This document shows, piece by piece, positions 53,452-63,044 of a stretch of DNA of 64,000 bases. This DNA comes from a virus. Lineage: Duplodnaviria > Heunggongvirae > Uroviricota > Caudoviricetes. The notes beneath the pieces were generated by a model. That model was given only the letters and a program-made list of their open reading frames with translations, was not told where the DNA came from and did no database searches. Positions within the stretch are counted from its first letter, which is position 1. The number at the start of each line of letters is the position of its first letter. The position numbers and the translations under genes were made by a program. The stretch is taken from positions 76,612 to 140,611 of IMG/VR virus record IMGVR_UViG_3300032225_001769; one strand, 5' to 3'.

Positions 53452-53521
53452 TGTGGTGGACGGTTCTTAAAGTGTCTTAAAGCCTCATCTTCAAACCCAA
53501 CAAAGGTACTCTAGCAGTATT

Positions 53522-55018
53522 TTAGAATAGTGTCAAGCTTGTAGATCCAACACCAGGAACAATAAATGTTAATTGATTACCTACTGTTGTAATCTTTACT
53601 GCGGTTCCAATACCACTTGAAAATCCATTAGTTGCAGTAACAATTCCTGAAAAACTTGCATTAATAGAACTTATTCTAGTAGTGGCAGTTACTGTATTGG
53701 CAGATATTGAACTTGATGCTATAATATTACCAGTAGATCCTATTCCAACTCCATTTGTTAATGTCGGATTTCCACCAACCTGAAGACTATATGCTGCAGT
53801 ATTTGTAGAAATACTAACATTTCCAGATAAGATTGAATTGCCACTTACCGAAATGCTAGGTAATGTAGATATTCCACCAACTGTTAGATTTCCGGTGACT
53901 GTCGCCACACCACTAATTAGTGTATTACCGACAACTGATAGCGTAGATGTAGGTGAATCTGAATTGATTCCAAGATTACCTGAACTAGTCAGGGTCATAA
54001 TCCTACCTAAAGACGATTTAAACCAATTATATGAACCAGTTCCGGATCCGCCAGGATTTAGATAGAAATTTAAATTTCCAGTATCATAGTTAATAATATC
54101 TAATGATTGTTCTGTACTATACGGATAAATTCCATTTGTGTTACCAAATCTAAATTGTGCATTACTAGATCCGACACTCACACTCACATTTCTACCAAAA
54201 GTAATAGTCGATGAATTTGAGGAGTCACTGGTGAGTTGAATAGATGAAATTCCAGACTGTCTTAAATGTAATTGAGCACTTGGTGATAACGTTCCTACAC
54301 CAATGTTTCCTGGAACATGCAATGTACTATAAACAGTTGAAATTCCTGTTGTTGAAAATCCACTATTAATTGAATTTACTGTGATATTTGCTGTGGTAGT
54401 AATACTGGATGCAGTTGAAGCAATTCCTGTTAAATTACCAACAAACCCAGAAGACGCAGTTATAATTCCAGAAACATTGATATTAGATGGCAATCTTGAA
54501 TTATTAATAGTTCCTGTCAAATCTGTTGCTGATAGGGAAGCACTAATCGAACCAGCAGTTATAATTCCAGTAGTCTTTACATTTCCAGATGTTGCATCAA
54601 CAGAAAATCCATTTCCAGTAGAAGGATTTTGCCCAATCTGAAGAGAATATTGTGGATTTGTAGTTCCAATTCCAACCTTGAATGAAGTGTATATGCCCGA
54701 GTTTACACTATTAATATACCACCCATCAGTGGCAACAGCATATATTCCAGTAAGACCAGAAGCATTTCCATAAAAATTTCCATAGAAAGTATTGGCAGTC
54801 ATACTTCCAATGGCAACTGCCTTAGCAAAAGTCGCAATTCCAGCATATAATGTAGTTGATGTTACCAGTCCAGTAACTTTTGCAGTACCATAAACATCTA
54901 GAACTTCAGTAGGAATTGATGTTCCAATTCCCACCAATCCATTAGCATTTACAATAAAATTGTCATTATCAACTTGTACACCATTTCTAAAATTAAATGA
55001 CTTATTATAGTTTGCCAT
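53522..55018 (-). CDS. tail-fibre-like structural protein (Gly/Ser/Thr/Asn-rich beta-rich repeats)
   Basis: 498 aa; low-complexity fibre composition; AATAAATA motif upstream (55039-55046). Confidence 0.55.
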   Translation of the reverse strand: MANYNKSFNFRNGVQVDNDNFIVNANGLVGIGTSIPTEVLDVYGTAKVTGLVTSTTLYAGIATFAKAVAIGSMTANTFYGNFYGNASGLTGIYAVATDGWYINSVNSGIYTSFKVGIGTTNPQYSLQIGQNPSTGNGFSVDATSGNVKTTGIITAGSISASLSATDLTGTINNSRLPSNINVSGIITASSGFVGNLTGIASTASSITTTANITVNSINSGFSTTGISTVYSTLHVPGNIGVGTLSPSAQLHLRQSGISSIQLTSDSSNSSTITFGRNVSVSVGSSNAQFRFGNTNGIYPYSTEQSLDIINYDTGNLNFYLNPGGSGTGSYNWFKSSLGRIMTLTSSGNLGINSDSPTSTLSVVGNTLISGVATVTGNLTVGGISTLPSISVSGNSILSGNVSISTNTAAYSLQVGGNPTLTNGVGIGSTGNIIASSSISANTVTATTRISSINASFSGIVTATNGFSSGIGTAVKITTVGNQLTFIVPGVGSTSLTLF

Positions 55019-55041
55019 CTGATAGATACATTTTTAGTTAT

Positions 55042-58000
55042 TTATTGAATTTTGATTAAGTAAATGAGTGCAAAGTATGGAGGTCTATTTTCATGTGCCC
55101 CATCACCTTCGGTAGTATTATTAGTGCCAACAATGCCGGTTCCATTTGCATTAATGGTAATTCCAGTTAGAGCAGTAGTTGTATCAGATTTGATTTGACT
55201 GCCAGCATTTGTCTTTACTTGGCTAATTCCTGATGCAGCACTGGAATTAATTTCCCAAAATCCGTGATTATGTCCATTATCGGTAATGTTATGAGCGTGG
55301 CCATTATCAGTGATAGTGTGAGAATGTTTTGGAGTTTGTGCCAATGTAAGAGTTACACTGTCTGATCCACCAGTATTTCCAACGGAATATGCACTTCCAG
55401 CACCAGCAATAAATCTGTCTCTTAGATCTGGAAGATTGAAAGATACTCCAGCACTTCCACCATAAGTTGTTCCAATTATATTATACAGATTCGCATAAGT
55501 TGTGGCAGATAATGATGCACCATTACAAACTGCCCAACCAGTCGGGAAGTTTAAGATTGTACCAGGCCACATAATAATACTTCCAACTGGAGTTATATTT
55601 GGAGCATCAATATAATTCGCAGTGATTCTTCCGGAACCAGAAGTTGCATCAAGATTTCCATTAATAGTTACACTGGTGGTAATTGCAACTTTAGATCCAG
55701 TTAATGCAGTTAATTTTAGATTTCCAGATGTTGTATTGATTGTATTAGCATCAGTCTGTGCTAAAGTAATATTTCCAAACGAAAGACTTGAACCGGATAA
55801 AGTTCCGTTGAAACCAATATTGCCACCAACATTAATACTACCATCAACATTTAAATTTTTACTAATCCCAACACCACCACTTACAACCAATGCACCAGTT
55901 TTGGAATTAGATGAATTTGTTGTATCGGTAATTTTTAATGGCGCATTGATATTCGTTGCATCATTAAGACTGACACCTTTGTTAAAGGTGACTGGGCCAT
56001 CAAATTGCGAAAGAACTGTACGAGAATTTCCTCCTTCAACAACCAATCTTTCTTTAATTGTAACTTCATCATAAACCACACTCAATCTTGAAGGATCCTC
56101 ACCAGTTACAGTTGGTTTTGGAATATCATAAGAAACAACCTCTCCACTTGATGCAGTTGTTTTGGTATTTCCATTGAATACGTCACCATTATTGTTCATT
56201 CCAGTATAAACAACCAGACCACAAGATCTTTCTTGTGATTGAACAAGGAAATCTTCTCTTTCTGTTAAACTTTTAACTTGTACTTGAGGAAGAGCAGTTG
56301 AATAATTTCCTGGGCCATATCCAAGATATTCAAATGTATGTCCTGATGCACGAAGAATTGCTGGTCTACGGAATTCTACAGGAATTGGTTTAATTTTTTT
56401 AATCAAAGATCCAACATTATGAGTTTCTACAACTGTGCCAAAAATACCACGCTCAACATTGATTGCATCATTGGAACCACCCACACCATACTTACTGATG
56501 GTTCTCATAATTTCTTCATCAATTTGAATATAAGATCCTAATGGGAATCTCTTTGCAATTCCAGATGCAGAAATTGGACTACTTACTCTAATTTGATTAT
56601 TAGAAGTAAATGAAACTACAGTCAAAATTTCATCATCAAATAAAGAAATAGATCTTGCACCAAGATTTTCTAATGTTGAATCTGAAGTTTTATCATTTGT
56701 AGAAAGTCCGTGCTTTAAAATGTATCCATTATTTGCAGATAAAGAAGAATTTGTAACTGCAGTAAAGGTATTAATTCCAACTTTTGCATTTACAATAAAG
56801 TCTCCAAGATTATTATTACTTGAATCAGTAACTTTAAATTTATTTCCTACAGATAATCCATGAGGAGTAGAACAGTTGAATGTAGTAATACCAGTTACAG
56901 AACTATATGAAGATGATAGAATTTGAACCGAAGGCCCAACTATAAATGCATATTGATTTGTAGTAATAACCGGATCTCCTGCAGTTCTGGCAATTCCAAT
57001 GGTGGTTGCCGAAGGAATTGATGTGATTCTATGATATGTGTCTGTTGCTATTCCAGATCCAGTAAATTGAACAACATTGCCAATTGCACTTGAGATACCA
57101 GAAATAGAAATAGTAAATCTAGCATTACCATTACCAGATCCTATTGTTGCAGAATCAAAGAATAAATCTCCTGCGGAATATCCAGAACCAGAAGAAACAA
57201 TATCTGCAGAAATTACTGCTCCACCAGATACAACAACTTTTGCCGTTGCACCCTGCCATGTACCAGTCTGAGAAGTATTTAAAAGTTTGACATTCTGATA
57301 TGTACCGGAAGTATATGCAGCACCACCAGGAAGACTGCTATAAGTTACAACCCCGGCAAGTCCATGATTTCTTGCAAAAGTAATTGTAGGATTAGAGACC
57401 GAAGATACGTCTAGTCCCACACCAAAAGATGTAAGTAATGAATCTAATGATTCTCTGGTAATACTTTTTCTTAAATCATTTGTTACAACCTGACCCAGTG
57501 GTGATCTTGTTGCAAAAGATTTTGCTGATGATGGATTATCATTAGTATTATCTCTATCCAACTGTGGATACAGATCTACAACATTTTGACTGTACTTGAG
57601 ATTTGTGAATTCTTGATCAATTACATTATTCGCATTTAAGACATAAAGATGATAGATGCCATCTTGAACTCCCTCAATGTAAGGTTTAATAACTTCATTT
57701 CTGTAAATATAAAGATTTGATTGTAAATCATTTCTTTCGAATCTGGGCGATGATATCTTTCTAAGAGTTGTATCATTCGTAAATACAGTTCCTGGAGATG
57801 TGGTTATTATGTATGTAAATGACATATCATCAACAACTGATGCAACAGTGAATGTACCATTGTATCCAAGGTCATCGGTTCCAGTAGTATTTGTACTGTC
57901 AGTTACATTTCTAATAATGACAGTATCATTAACTTGAAGATTGTGTGGTAATTCGGAAATAATCGTTACAGTACTACTACTTCTAGTACATTTTGCAATG

Positions 58001-60555
58001 AGTCTGAGATTTTTATTATAATCATAATCACTGCGAATGAGAGAGGAAAGATTAATATCAGTATCGAATCTAATTCCAGTAGTGCTAGATTCTTGAATTA
58101 CGAATCCATTTTCTGGTTTTTTACTATTTGCATATTCTTTTGGAATAACAACTCTAATCTTATAAAGTTTTTCGTCCAAACTTCTAGAATCAGAATATCT
58201 TTTGATGTATGATGGTTCTGTTCTTTGGCCTAGGGCAACTTGGTTTGTATTGATAGTATTCCAAATAGCACTATTTGCATTTGTATTAATATACCACCCA
58301 TTTGTAGTATCATATTGAACCGGATGACCAAGTTCCCCGGCAATTTTATCAGATACTCGACTTAAAATTCTAAGATTCGTTCCTTTATATACTGTAATTG
58401 GAGTACCACTAATAGCATTTGTGTAAGAAGACGCTAATTGAATTTCTGTGGAGAATAATGTTACGCTATCAGTTCTTGTGGAGTTTACTGAATCTGTAAT
58501 TGCATAATAGACAGTATTTTCTACAGTATTTTCTGGTAGGTCTCCATCATCACTTATAATAATAACCTTTTCTCCGGTATTGAGATTATGTGCTCCGATT
58601 GAAAACTTACTTGATGATGGTACTGCGGATACATATTCCTTTACACTACTTGTAGTGCCATCAGACATTAAAGTATTTGCAGAATATTCGGTGCCACTTA
58701 CATTAAGATAGATTTTTCCATTTGTTCTTGCACCAACACGATATCCTTGAGTAAGAGTTGGGGGAACATCATCGAGAGAATTAAATCCATAAAGATATAG
58801 ACGATTTTTACTTGGATTTATTGATAATGATATAGTTTTAGCAACATCAAATGGAATCCAATCAATAGCATTTTCGGTGGAGACAATTGCTCTTGGTGTG
58901 ATAATCGAAGTGATAAATGCCTTATTGTCCTTTGCAAATGCTTCTTTTTTAAATCCTGATGCACTTAAAGAAATTTGTCCAAAGTTTGAGTTTGAGTTTG
59001 TAATACTCAAATCTGAACCAGATTGAGAATCGAAATGTTTGTTATACCCAATCGCAAACACCGATACAATCTGAATAAATGCATCATTAGTTGCTTTAAT
59101 GTGACTTGATTCCCAACCATTTCTATAAATTGCCTGAGAATCTAGGTGATATACTTTACCAATATCTGTGGATGATGCTCCATTAGATAAACTTGAACCG
59201 GCAACTCTACTGATAGAAATATTATCCGAATAATCTCTATTTACTGAATTATATTTTACAAATGCACGGTCATCTTTTTGTAAGGATACTCCAGTAAATT
59301 GAGCAACAACCATACTTCTGAATCCAGATGCTTTGGATCCATCAGAGTGCATTCCATTCATACCCCAGATTGATCTCATTGAACAATTGAAGATATATGG
59401 TGATGCACCAGATACCGTATCAGTTTCAATTGTTACTGTTGCTCCAGATGAACCTGGATTTGTTGGTAAATTATTTCTTACTGATGCTAAAAGATATTTA
59501 AACTTTGTTGGGTCACTAGGATCTACGTAGGATACTTTTGTGGAAACATTATAATCACTTACCGAAACACCACGAATTTTGATTGGTGTTCCAACATTTA
59601 ATTTATGAGCAACAGTAGTTGAAACTGAAATTTCTGGAGTTGCTGTTCCACCACTACCAGATTCTATAGTTAGAATTGAAATTGGATCCGATGCAAATGC
59701 TCCAACAATTTCCCATTCTGGACGAAGTTTTGCAAATCCATCAATATTAGCAGGATATTTATCAATATCTTTAATTTCTCTACCAGATGCTAAATTGAAA
59801 GCATTTGATAGTTTACTATAGTACATATCAAGATCTGTAATATCATATGTACTTCCTTTTTTGGATACTTTATTCTTACCGTCAGCATATTCAAATATTG
59901 TTAATTTGTGATGAGAGAATGTTGGTTTTGATTGATTATTAACACTATAATCTTCTGGATCAGTGTAAACTAATCCAGATTCATCACCATCAAAAACAGA
60001 AAATTGCCAGAAATAACATGCACCAGTAACTCTAAAAATTGCAGATTTATCTACATTTGGGTCTGTTGGATTTGGTACATATTTTGGACGCAATTTAGTC
60101 TTTCTTAGATCAAGACCAACAATTGAAGTTCCTCTAGGTACAACAACTCCACCGTTTACACTATTGAACTTATAAAGAATATTATCAGACTGTGTTAAAT
60201 CAAAGTTTGATGTAAGTGTAAGTGAAAGAGTAGATTGGGCAGAAGTTATTGGACTTCCAGACAATGGTTTTGTCTTAGCACCACCATCATTATAAACAAC
60301 ATACCCAGGTCTATTGTCAACTATATGCTCACCAGGCATTAGTAGAATGGTAGTCTTTTCTACAATGTCATTATTATTTCCGAGTTGATATGAGAATCTT
60401 GCTGCTTCTAGAAGTGCTCTTTGAAGTGTTTTGAAGGGCTGAGCGAGTGAATTTCCTTGATTTGTGATTGCATCAGTTGCATCAAGATCACTCGGACTTA
60501 CATAAAGAATGCGACCTTCAGTATTCTTAATGAAATTATCTAATTTATTTAACAC
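55042..60555 (-). CDS. giant (1837 aa) tail fibre protein with C-terminal phage tail-collar domain
   Basis: C-terminus ..GSIIMWPGTILNFPTGWAVCNGASLSATTYANLYNIIGTTYGG..FNLPDLRDRFIAGAG..TPKHSHTITDNGHAHN = Phage_tail_collar pattern; AATAAATA upstream (60593-60600). Confidence 0.7.
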   Translation of the reverse strand: MLNKLDNFIKNTEGRILYVSPSDLDATDAITNQGNSLAQPFKTLQRALLEAARFSYQLGNNNDIVEKTTILLMPGEHIVDNRPGYVVYNDGGAKTKPLSGSPITSAQSTLSLTLTSNFDLTQSDNILYKFNSVNGGVVVPRGTSIVGLDLRKTKLRPKYVPNPTDPNVDKSAIFRVTGACYFWQFSVFDGDESGLVYTDPEDYSVNNQSKPTFSHHKLTIFEYADGKNKVSKKGSTYDITDLDMYYSKLSNAFNLASGREIKDIDKYPANIDGFAKLRPEWEIVGAFASDPISILTIESGSGGTATPEISVSTTVAHKLNVGTPIKIRGVSVSDYNVSTKVSYVDPSDPTKFKYLLASVRNNLPTNPGSSGATVTIETDTVSGASPYIFNCSMRSIWGMNGMHSDGSKASGFRSMVVAQFTGVSLQKDDRAFVKYNSVNRDYSDNISISRVAGSSLSNGASSTDIGKVYHLDSQAIYRNGWESSHIKATNDAFIQIVSVFAIGYNKHFDSQSGSDLSITNSNSNFGQISLSASGFKKEAFAKDNKAFITSIITPRAIVSTENAIDWIPFDVAKTISLSINPSKNRLYLYGFNSLDDVPPTLTQGYRVGARTNGKIYLNVSGTEYSANTLMSDGTTSSVKEYVSAVPSSSKFSIGAHNLNTGEKVIIISDDGDLPENTVENTVYYAITDSVNSTRTDSVTLFSTEIQLASSYTNAISGTPITVYKGTNLRILSRVSDKIAGELGHPVQYDTTNGWYINTNANSAIWNTINTNQVALGQRTEPSYIKRYSDSRSLDEKLYKIRVVIPKEYANSKKPENGFVIQESSTTGIRFDTDINLSSLIRSDYDYNKNLRLIAKCTRSSSTVTIISELPHNLQVNDTVIIRNVTDSTNTTGTDDLGYNGTFTVASVVDDMSFTYIITTSPGTVFTNDTTLRKISSPRFERNDLQSNLYIYRNEVIKPYIEGVQDGIYHLYVLNANNVIDQEFTNLKYSQNVVDLYPQLDRDNTNDNPSSAKSFATRSPLGQVVTNDLRKSITRESLDSLLTSFGVGLDVSSVSNPTITFARNHGLAGVVTYSSLPGGAAYTSGTYQNVKLLNTSQTGTWQGATAKVVVSGGAVISADIVSSGSGYSAGDLFFDSATIGSGNGNARFTISISGISSAIGNVVQFTGSGIATDTYHRITSIPSATTIGIARTAGDPVITTNQYAFIVGPSVQILSSSYSSVTGITTFNCSTPHGLSVGNKFKVTDSSNNNLGDFIVNAKVGINTFTAVTNSSLSANNGYILKHGLSTNDKTSDSTLENLGARSISLFDDEILTVVSFTSNNQIRVSSPISASGIAKRFPLGSYIQIDEEIMRTISKYGVGGSNDAINVERGIFGTVVETHNVGSLIKKIKPIPVEFRRPAILRASGHTFEYLGYGPGNYSTALPQVQVKSLTEREDFLVQSQERSCGLVVYTGMNNNGDVFNGNTKTTASSGEVVSYDIPKPTVTGEDPSRLSVVYDEVTIKERLVVEGGNSRTVLSQFDGPVTFNKGVSLNDATNINAPLKITDTTNSSNSKTGALVVSGGVGISKNLNVDGSINVGGNIGFNGTLSGSSLSFGNITLAQTDANTINTTSGNLKLTALTGSKVAITTSVTINGNLDATSGSGRITANYIDAPNITPVGSIIMWPGTILNFPTGWAVCNGASLSATTYANLYNIIGTTYGGSAGVSFNLPDLRDRFIAGAGSAYSVGNTGGSDSVTLTLAQTPKHSHTITDNGHAHNITDNGHNHGFWEINSSAASGISQVKTNAGSQIKSDTTTALTGITINANGTGIVGTNNTTEGDGAHENRPPYFALIYLIKIQ

Positions 60556-60597
60556 AGGATTCTTACCCCTACAAATATCTGTCTTATCTTTTATTTA

Positions 60598-60897
60598 TTA
60601 CACTAAATCCTCAACATCAAATTCTAATATATCTTCTGGCAAATCTTCTGGATTCTCCAAATCCATTGGGAAAAGTAGGGGGTGTGCTTTTTCCTCCATC
60701 AAATAAAATGAATTCTTATATAAGTCGTCTGGTTCAAATCTTCTTTGCTTGTCTGCTAATTCTTTTAGATCCTTATCGTACAAATGACCGTCTGGTAGTT
60801 CGTCGAAGGTGAATGGGATTTCTGATATAAAATACATTTTAACTATTTGAGAACCTTCATTATACCAGCAGTATGCTTGACTGATTTTATAAGACAT
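60598..60897 (-). CDS. acidic hypothetical protein (99 aa)
   Basis: ORF track. Confidence 0.45.
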   Translation of the reverse strand: MSYKISQAYCWYNEGSQIVKMYFISEIPFTFDELPDGHLYDKDLKELADKQRRFEPDDLYKNSFYLMEEKAHPLLFPMDLENPEDLPEDILEFDVEDLV

Positions 60898-60920
60898 TTG
60901 AGTATCTCAATATCTTATAT

Positions 60921-61394
60921 TTATTTTTTGTTTTTGCCCCTATAAGTATCAGTCTGTGCGTGGCAGTTGGGGCACAGGATACGAAGGTTTTCTAAACTAT
61001 TATCGTGATGGTTGCCGTTTATGTGGTCAAGTTCAATCGGTGCTGGTTTTCCGTTCCATTCTATTATACCACAACATTCACACTTATGTTGTTTGAAACC
61101 TTCTGCAATTAATCTTTTCCTTAAACTATTTGATGTGACTATAAATTCACAATTTAATTTTAGATATTCTTGAATGTCTCTTTTTGGTCCAAATGCTTTT
61201 CCTTTATTCCACACTTTAGGATCAATAAAATGATCTATTGATATATTAAGTTCCTTTATTCTATCGTGAAAACATTTATAATTTCCGCCTGCTGCCTTTA
61301 AATTTAATTTTAATAGAACTTCTCTGATTGATTGGGACGTTTTAATTGCTTCAACAAATTCTTCATTTGTTGATTTATATCCGTTTTTTAACAT
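60921..61394 (-). CDS. HNH homing endonuclease
   Basis: 157 aa; ..CECCGIIEWNGKPAPIELDHINGNHHDNSLENLRILCPNCHAQTD HNH/zinc motif; adjacent to tRNA genes. Confidence 0.8.
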   Translation of the reverse strand: MLKNGYKSTNEEFVEAIKTSQSIREVLLKLNLKAAGGNYKCFHDRIKELNISIDHFIDPKVWNKGKAFGPKRDIQEYLKLNCEFIVTSNSLRKRLIAEGFKQHKCECCGIIEWNGKPAPIELDHINGNHHDNSLENLRILCPNCHAQTDTYRGKNKK

Positions 61395-61416
61395 TTAAGT
61401 AAACATAACTATTATT

Positions 61417-61424
61417 ATTTATAA
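61417..61424 (-). promoter_or_regulatory. T4-type late promoter motif TATAAATA 33 nt upstream of HNH ATG
   Basis: exact octamer on minus strand. Confidence 0.4.
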
Positions 61425-61439
61425 TATGTTTACTTTTTA

Positions 61440-61514
61440 TAGCGGTGATGGGATTCGAACCCATACTGTCGAAATTTTAAGTTTCGTGCCTGCTGCCAGT
61501 TGGGCTACACCGCC
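61440..61514 (-). tRNA. tRNA, anticodon UAA (Leu by anticodon) but type-I short variable arm; no encoded CCA
   Basis: manual cloverleaf: acceptor GGCGGTG/CACCGCT, anticodon stem CGAAA/TTTCG loop CTTAAAA, variable ACAGT, T-arm ATGGG-TTCGAAT-CCCAT, D-loop with GG. Confidence 0.7.
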
Positions 61515-61553
61515 GATAAGACTATCATAACTGAAAGAATCATAATAGTCAAG

Positions 61554-61625
61554 TGCTCCTTGTCGGTTCTGCCCCGACCTTCTATCTGTTATGAGCAGAT
61601 TGCATTCCTAGATTGCTAAAGGAGC
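61554..61625 (-). tRNA. tRNA-like element, anticodon CAU (Met/Ile2-type), atypical T-loop GGCAGAA; no encoded CCA
   Basis: manual fold: acceptor GCTCCTT/AAGGAGC (7 bp), D-arm GCA-ATCTAGGAA-TGC with G18G19, anticodon stem ATCTG/CAGAT loop CTCATAA, T-stem GTCGG/CCGAC; track ORF 61582..61764 overlaps it. Confidence 0.45.
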
Positions 61626-61757
61626 AAATACTCGCCCAGGGTAACGATCCCTGCCAAAGGCCCTGATCTGGGGCAAAGGATTTATAAGATCCCCCTGAAC
61701 ACCTGTTCTGACGAGCATAAATCTCTAAATCCATTCTAACAGATTTGGAGTGATTTG

Positions 61758-61940
61758 TCAACAACCTTCTTCGTGATCTGTGTGTATTCGGATCAGGTCG
61801 TCAACTTCTTCATATTTAGCATAGGGAATCATTACGGCATTACCATATTCACTGCTAATAATGAATGACTCCCCATTTTCGACTCGATCTAAAAGATCAT
61901 CGAAGTTCTCCTGAAATTCTTCTATAGTGTACTTTTGCAT
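61758..61940 (-). CDS. acidic hypothetical protein (60 aa)
   Basis: ORF track. Confidence 0.4.
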   Translation of the reverse strand: MQKYTIEEFQENFDDLLDRVENGESFIISSEYGNAVMIPYAKYEEVDDLIRIHTDHEEGC

Positions 61941-61942
61941 CT

Positions 61943-62134
61943 TTAGAGTGGATTGGAATATGCAACACGATCTTCGCTTATTTGAGTACGAACTACTTCT
62001 AGAACATTCATAAATTGATCAATAGTATCACATTCTACAAATTTTTCATTACCCTGATTGGAGTATAGATAAAATTTCCGCGCTTGAGGATCCACAACAC
62101 ACTTCGTGAGGAACTCTTCAACATTAGGGGTCAT
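61943..62134 (-). CDS. hypothetical protein (63 aa)
   Basis: ORF track; cassette-type early promoter (CCCTATGAT) upstream 62135-62210. Confidence 0.4.
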   Translation of the reverse strand: MTPNVEEFLTKCVVDPQARKFYLYSNQGNEKFVECDTIDQFMNVLEVVRTQISEDRVAYSNPL

Positions 62135-62184
62135 CTGGTATTGTCTTGATTACCTAGGTATCATAGGGCATCCTGGAGCGTCTG

Positions 62185-62661
62185 TCAAGTGGTCGGTTCC
62201 ACTGGCCAAACCGGGTTTTTTGGATCACTAGTATTTTTGGGCAAATCCCTAAGTTGCTGGCGATACATTTTCCAAGCAGTTTTTTGTTCTACTGTTAATG
62301 GTGAATCGGAAACTTGCGTCCAATCACAATCAAAAAGTTTCTGATCTCTTAAGATTCTTAATTCTGCCCAGTAATCTCTTGCTGCTTCTTTTGCTTCTTC
62401 TTCAGCAATCCTCTCATCTTTAAGTCTTTGCTTTTCATTATTAAAAATATCTATTGCTTGTTCATAAATTCCAAGTTCTGTGATATATTCCATATAGAGA
62501 TGTTGATTCTCATTATCAATATAGTGAATTTGCCCTTCGGATTCATACCATGTGACATTAACTACATTTGATGGGATCCAAGAAAGATCTTGAGATTCAA
62601 CATTAAGTTGTCCGTAGTCGAGTGTAATAATTTTACGCAAAACATCAATAATTAAAATCAC
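62185..62661 (-). CDS. tail fibre assembly chaperone (Tfa family)
   Basis: 158 aa; C-terminal Tfa signature ..RDQKLFDCDWTQVSDSPLTVEQKTAWKMYRQQLRDLP. Confidence 0.6.
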   Translation of the reverse strand: MILIIDVLRKIITLDYGQLNVESQDLSWIPSNVVNVTWYESEGQIHYIDNENQHLYMEYITELGIYEQAIDIFNNEKQRLKDERIAEEEAKEAARDYWAELRILRDQKLFDCDWTQVSDSPLTVEQKTAWKMYRQQLRDLPKNTSDPKNPVWPVEPTT

Positions 62662-62663
62662 TA

Positions 62664-63044
62664 TTATTTTCCTTCCTCTAAAATATTTGCTGGTGAATTG
62701 TGTGGTGTAATTTGTGTGGGAATAATTCCTTGTTGAAGTGTTTGGATATATAGTTGTTGGTTTTCGTGATTTCCCCTCACAACTTCATTCCTAAAAGAAT
62801 CCACAGCAGCACCAGTTTGCCTAGATTTTTGTGCAATTTCTACTGCCATTATAGGCATCCAGGTGACTGCACATCCCCATTCATCTATTGGTTCACCTGT
62901 ATTTGGATTAGTTCCTCGCATTTGTGTGTACCACGAACACTTAATTCCCATACAGTCTTTTTTAATAAGAGGACAAAAATCCCCCGGTTTCATTTTTGCC
63001 ATAGTTAAAAATAATATTATAACATATTTAGTTCTTAGAAGCAA
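62664..63044 (-). CDS. hypothetical protein (126 aa; likely starts MAKMKPGDF...)
   Basis: ORF track; overlaps upstream fibre gene end by 17 nt. Confidence 0.4.
   Translation of the reverse strand: MLLRTKYVIILFLTMAKMKPGDFCPLIKKDCMGIKCSWYTQMRGTNPNTGEPIDEWGCAVTWMPIMAVEIAQKSRQTGAAVDSFRNEVVRGNHENQQLYIQTLQQGIIPTQITPHNSPANILEEGK

Noticed and set aside
8736-53480. Regularly spaced repeated elements might be a CRISPR array
   Set aside because: Repeat units are ~60-100 bp with promoter/hairpin structure. The 'spacers' are 150-800-bp protein-coding ORFs of very variable length. There are no short uniform spacers and no cas genes.
8736-53480. Integron-like cassette array (box + hairpin resembling attC)
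   Set aside because: No tyrosine integrase/IntI-like gene is visible in the window. Homing endonucleases and PeSL-type homologous recombination are a simpler explanation.
61440-61514. Calling the UAA-anticodon tRNA a standard tRNA-Leu
   Set aside because: The variable loop is only 5 nt. Bacterial tRNA-Leu has a long extra arm. The anticodon is reported, but identity is left open.
61582-61764. 60-aa ORF 61582..61764
   Set aside because: It overlaps the tRNA-like CAU element and GC-rich structured RNA-like sequence. The protein has no plausible composition.
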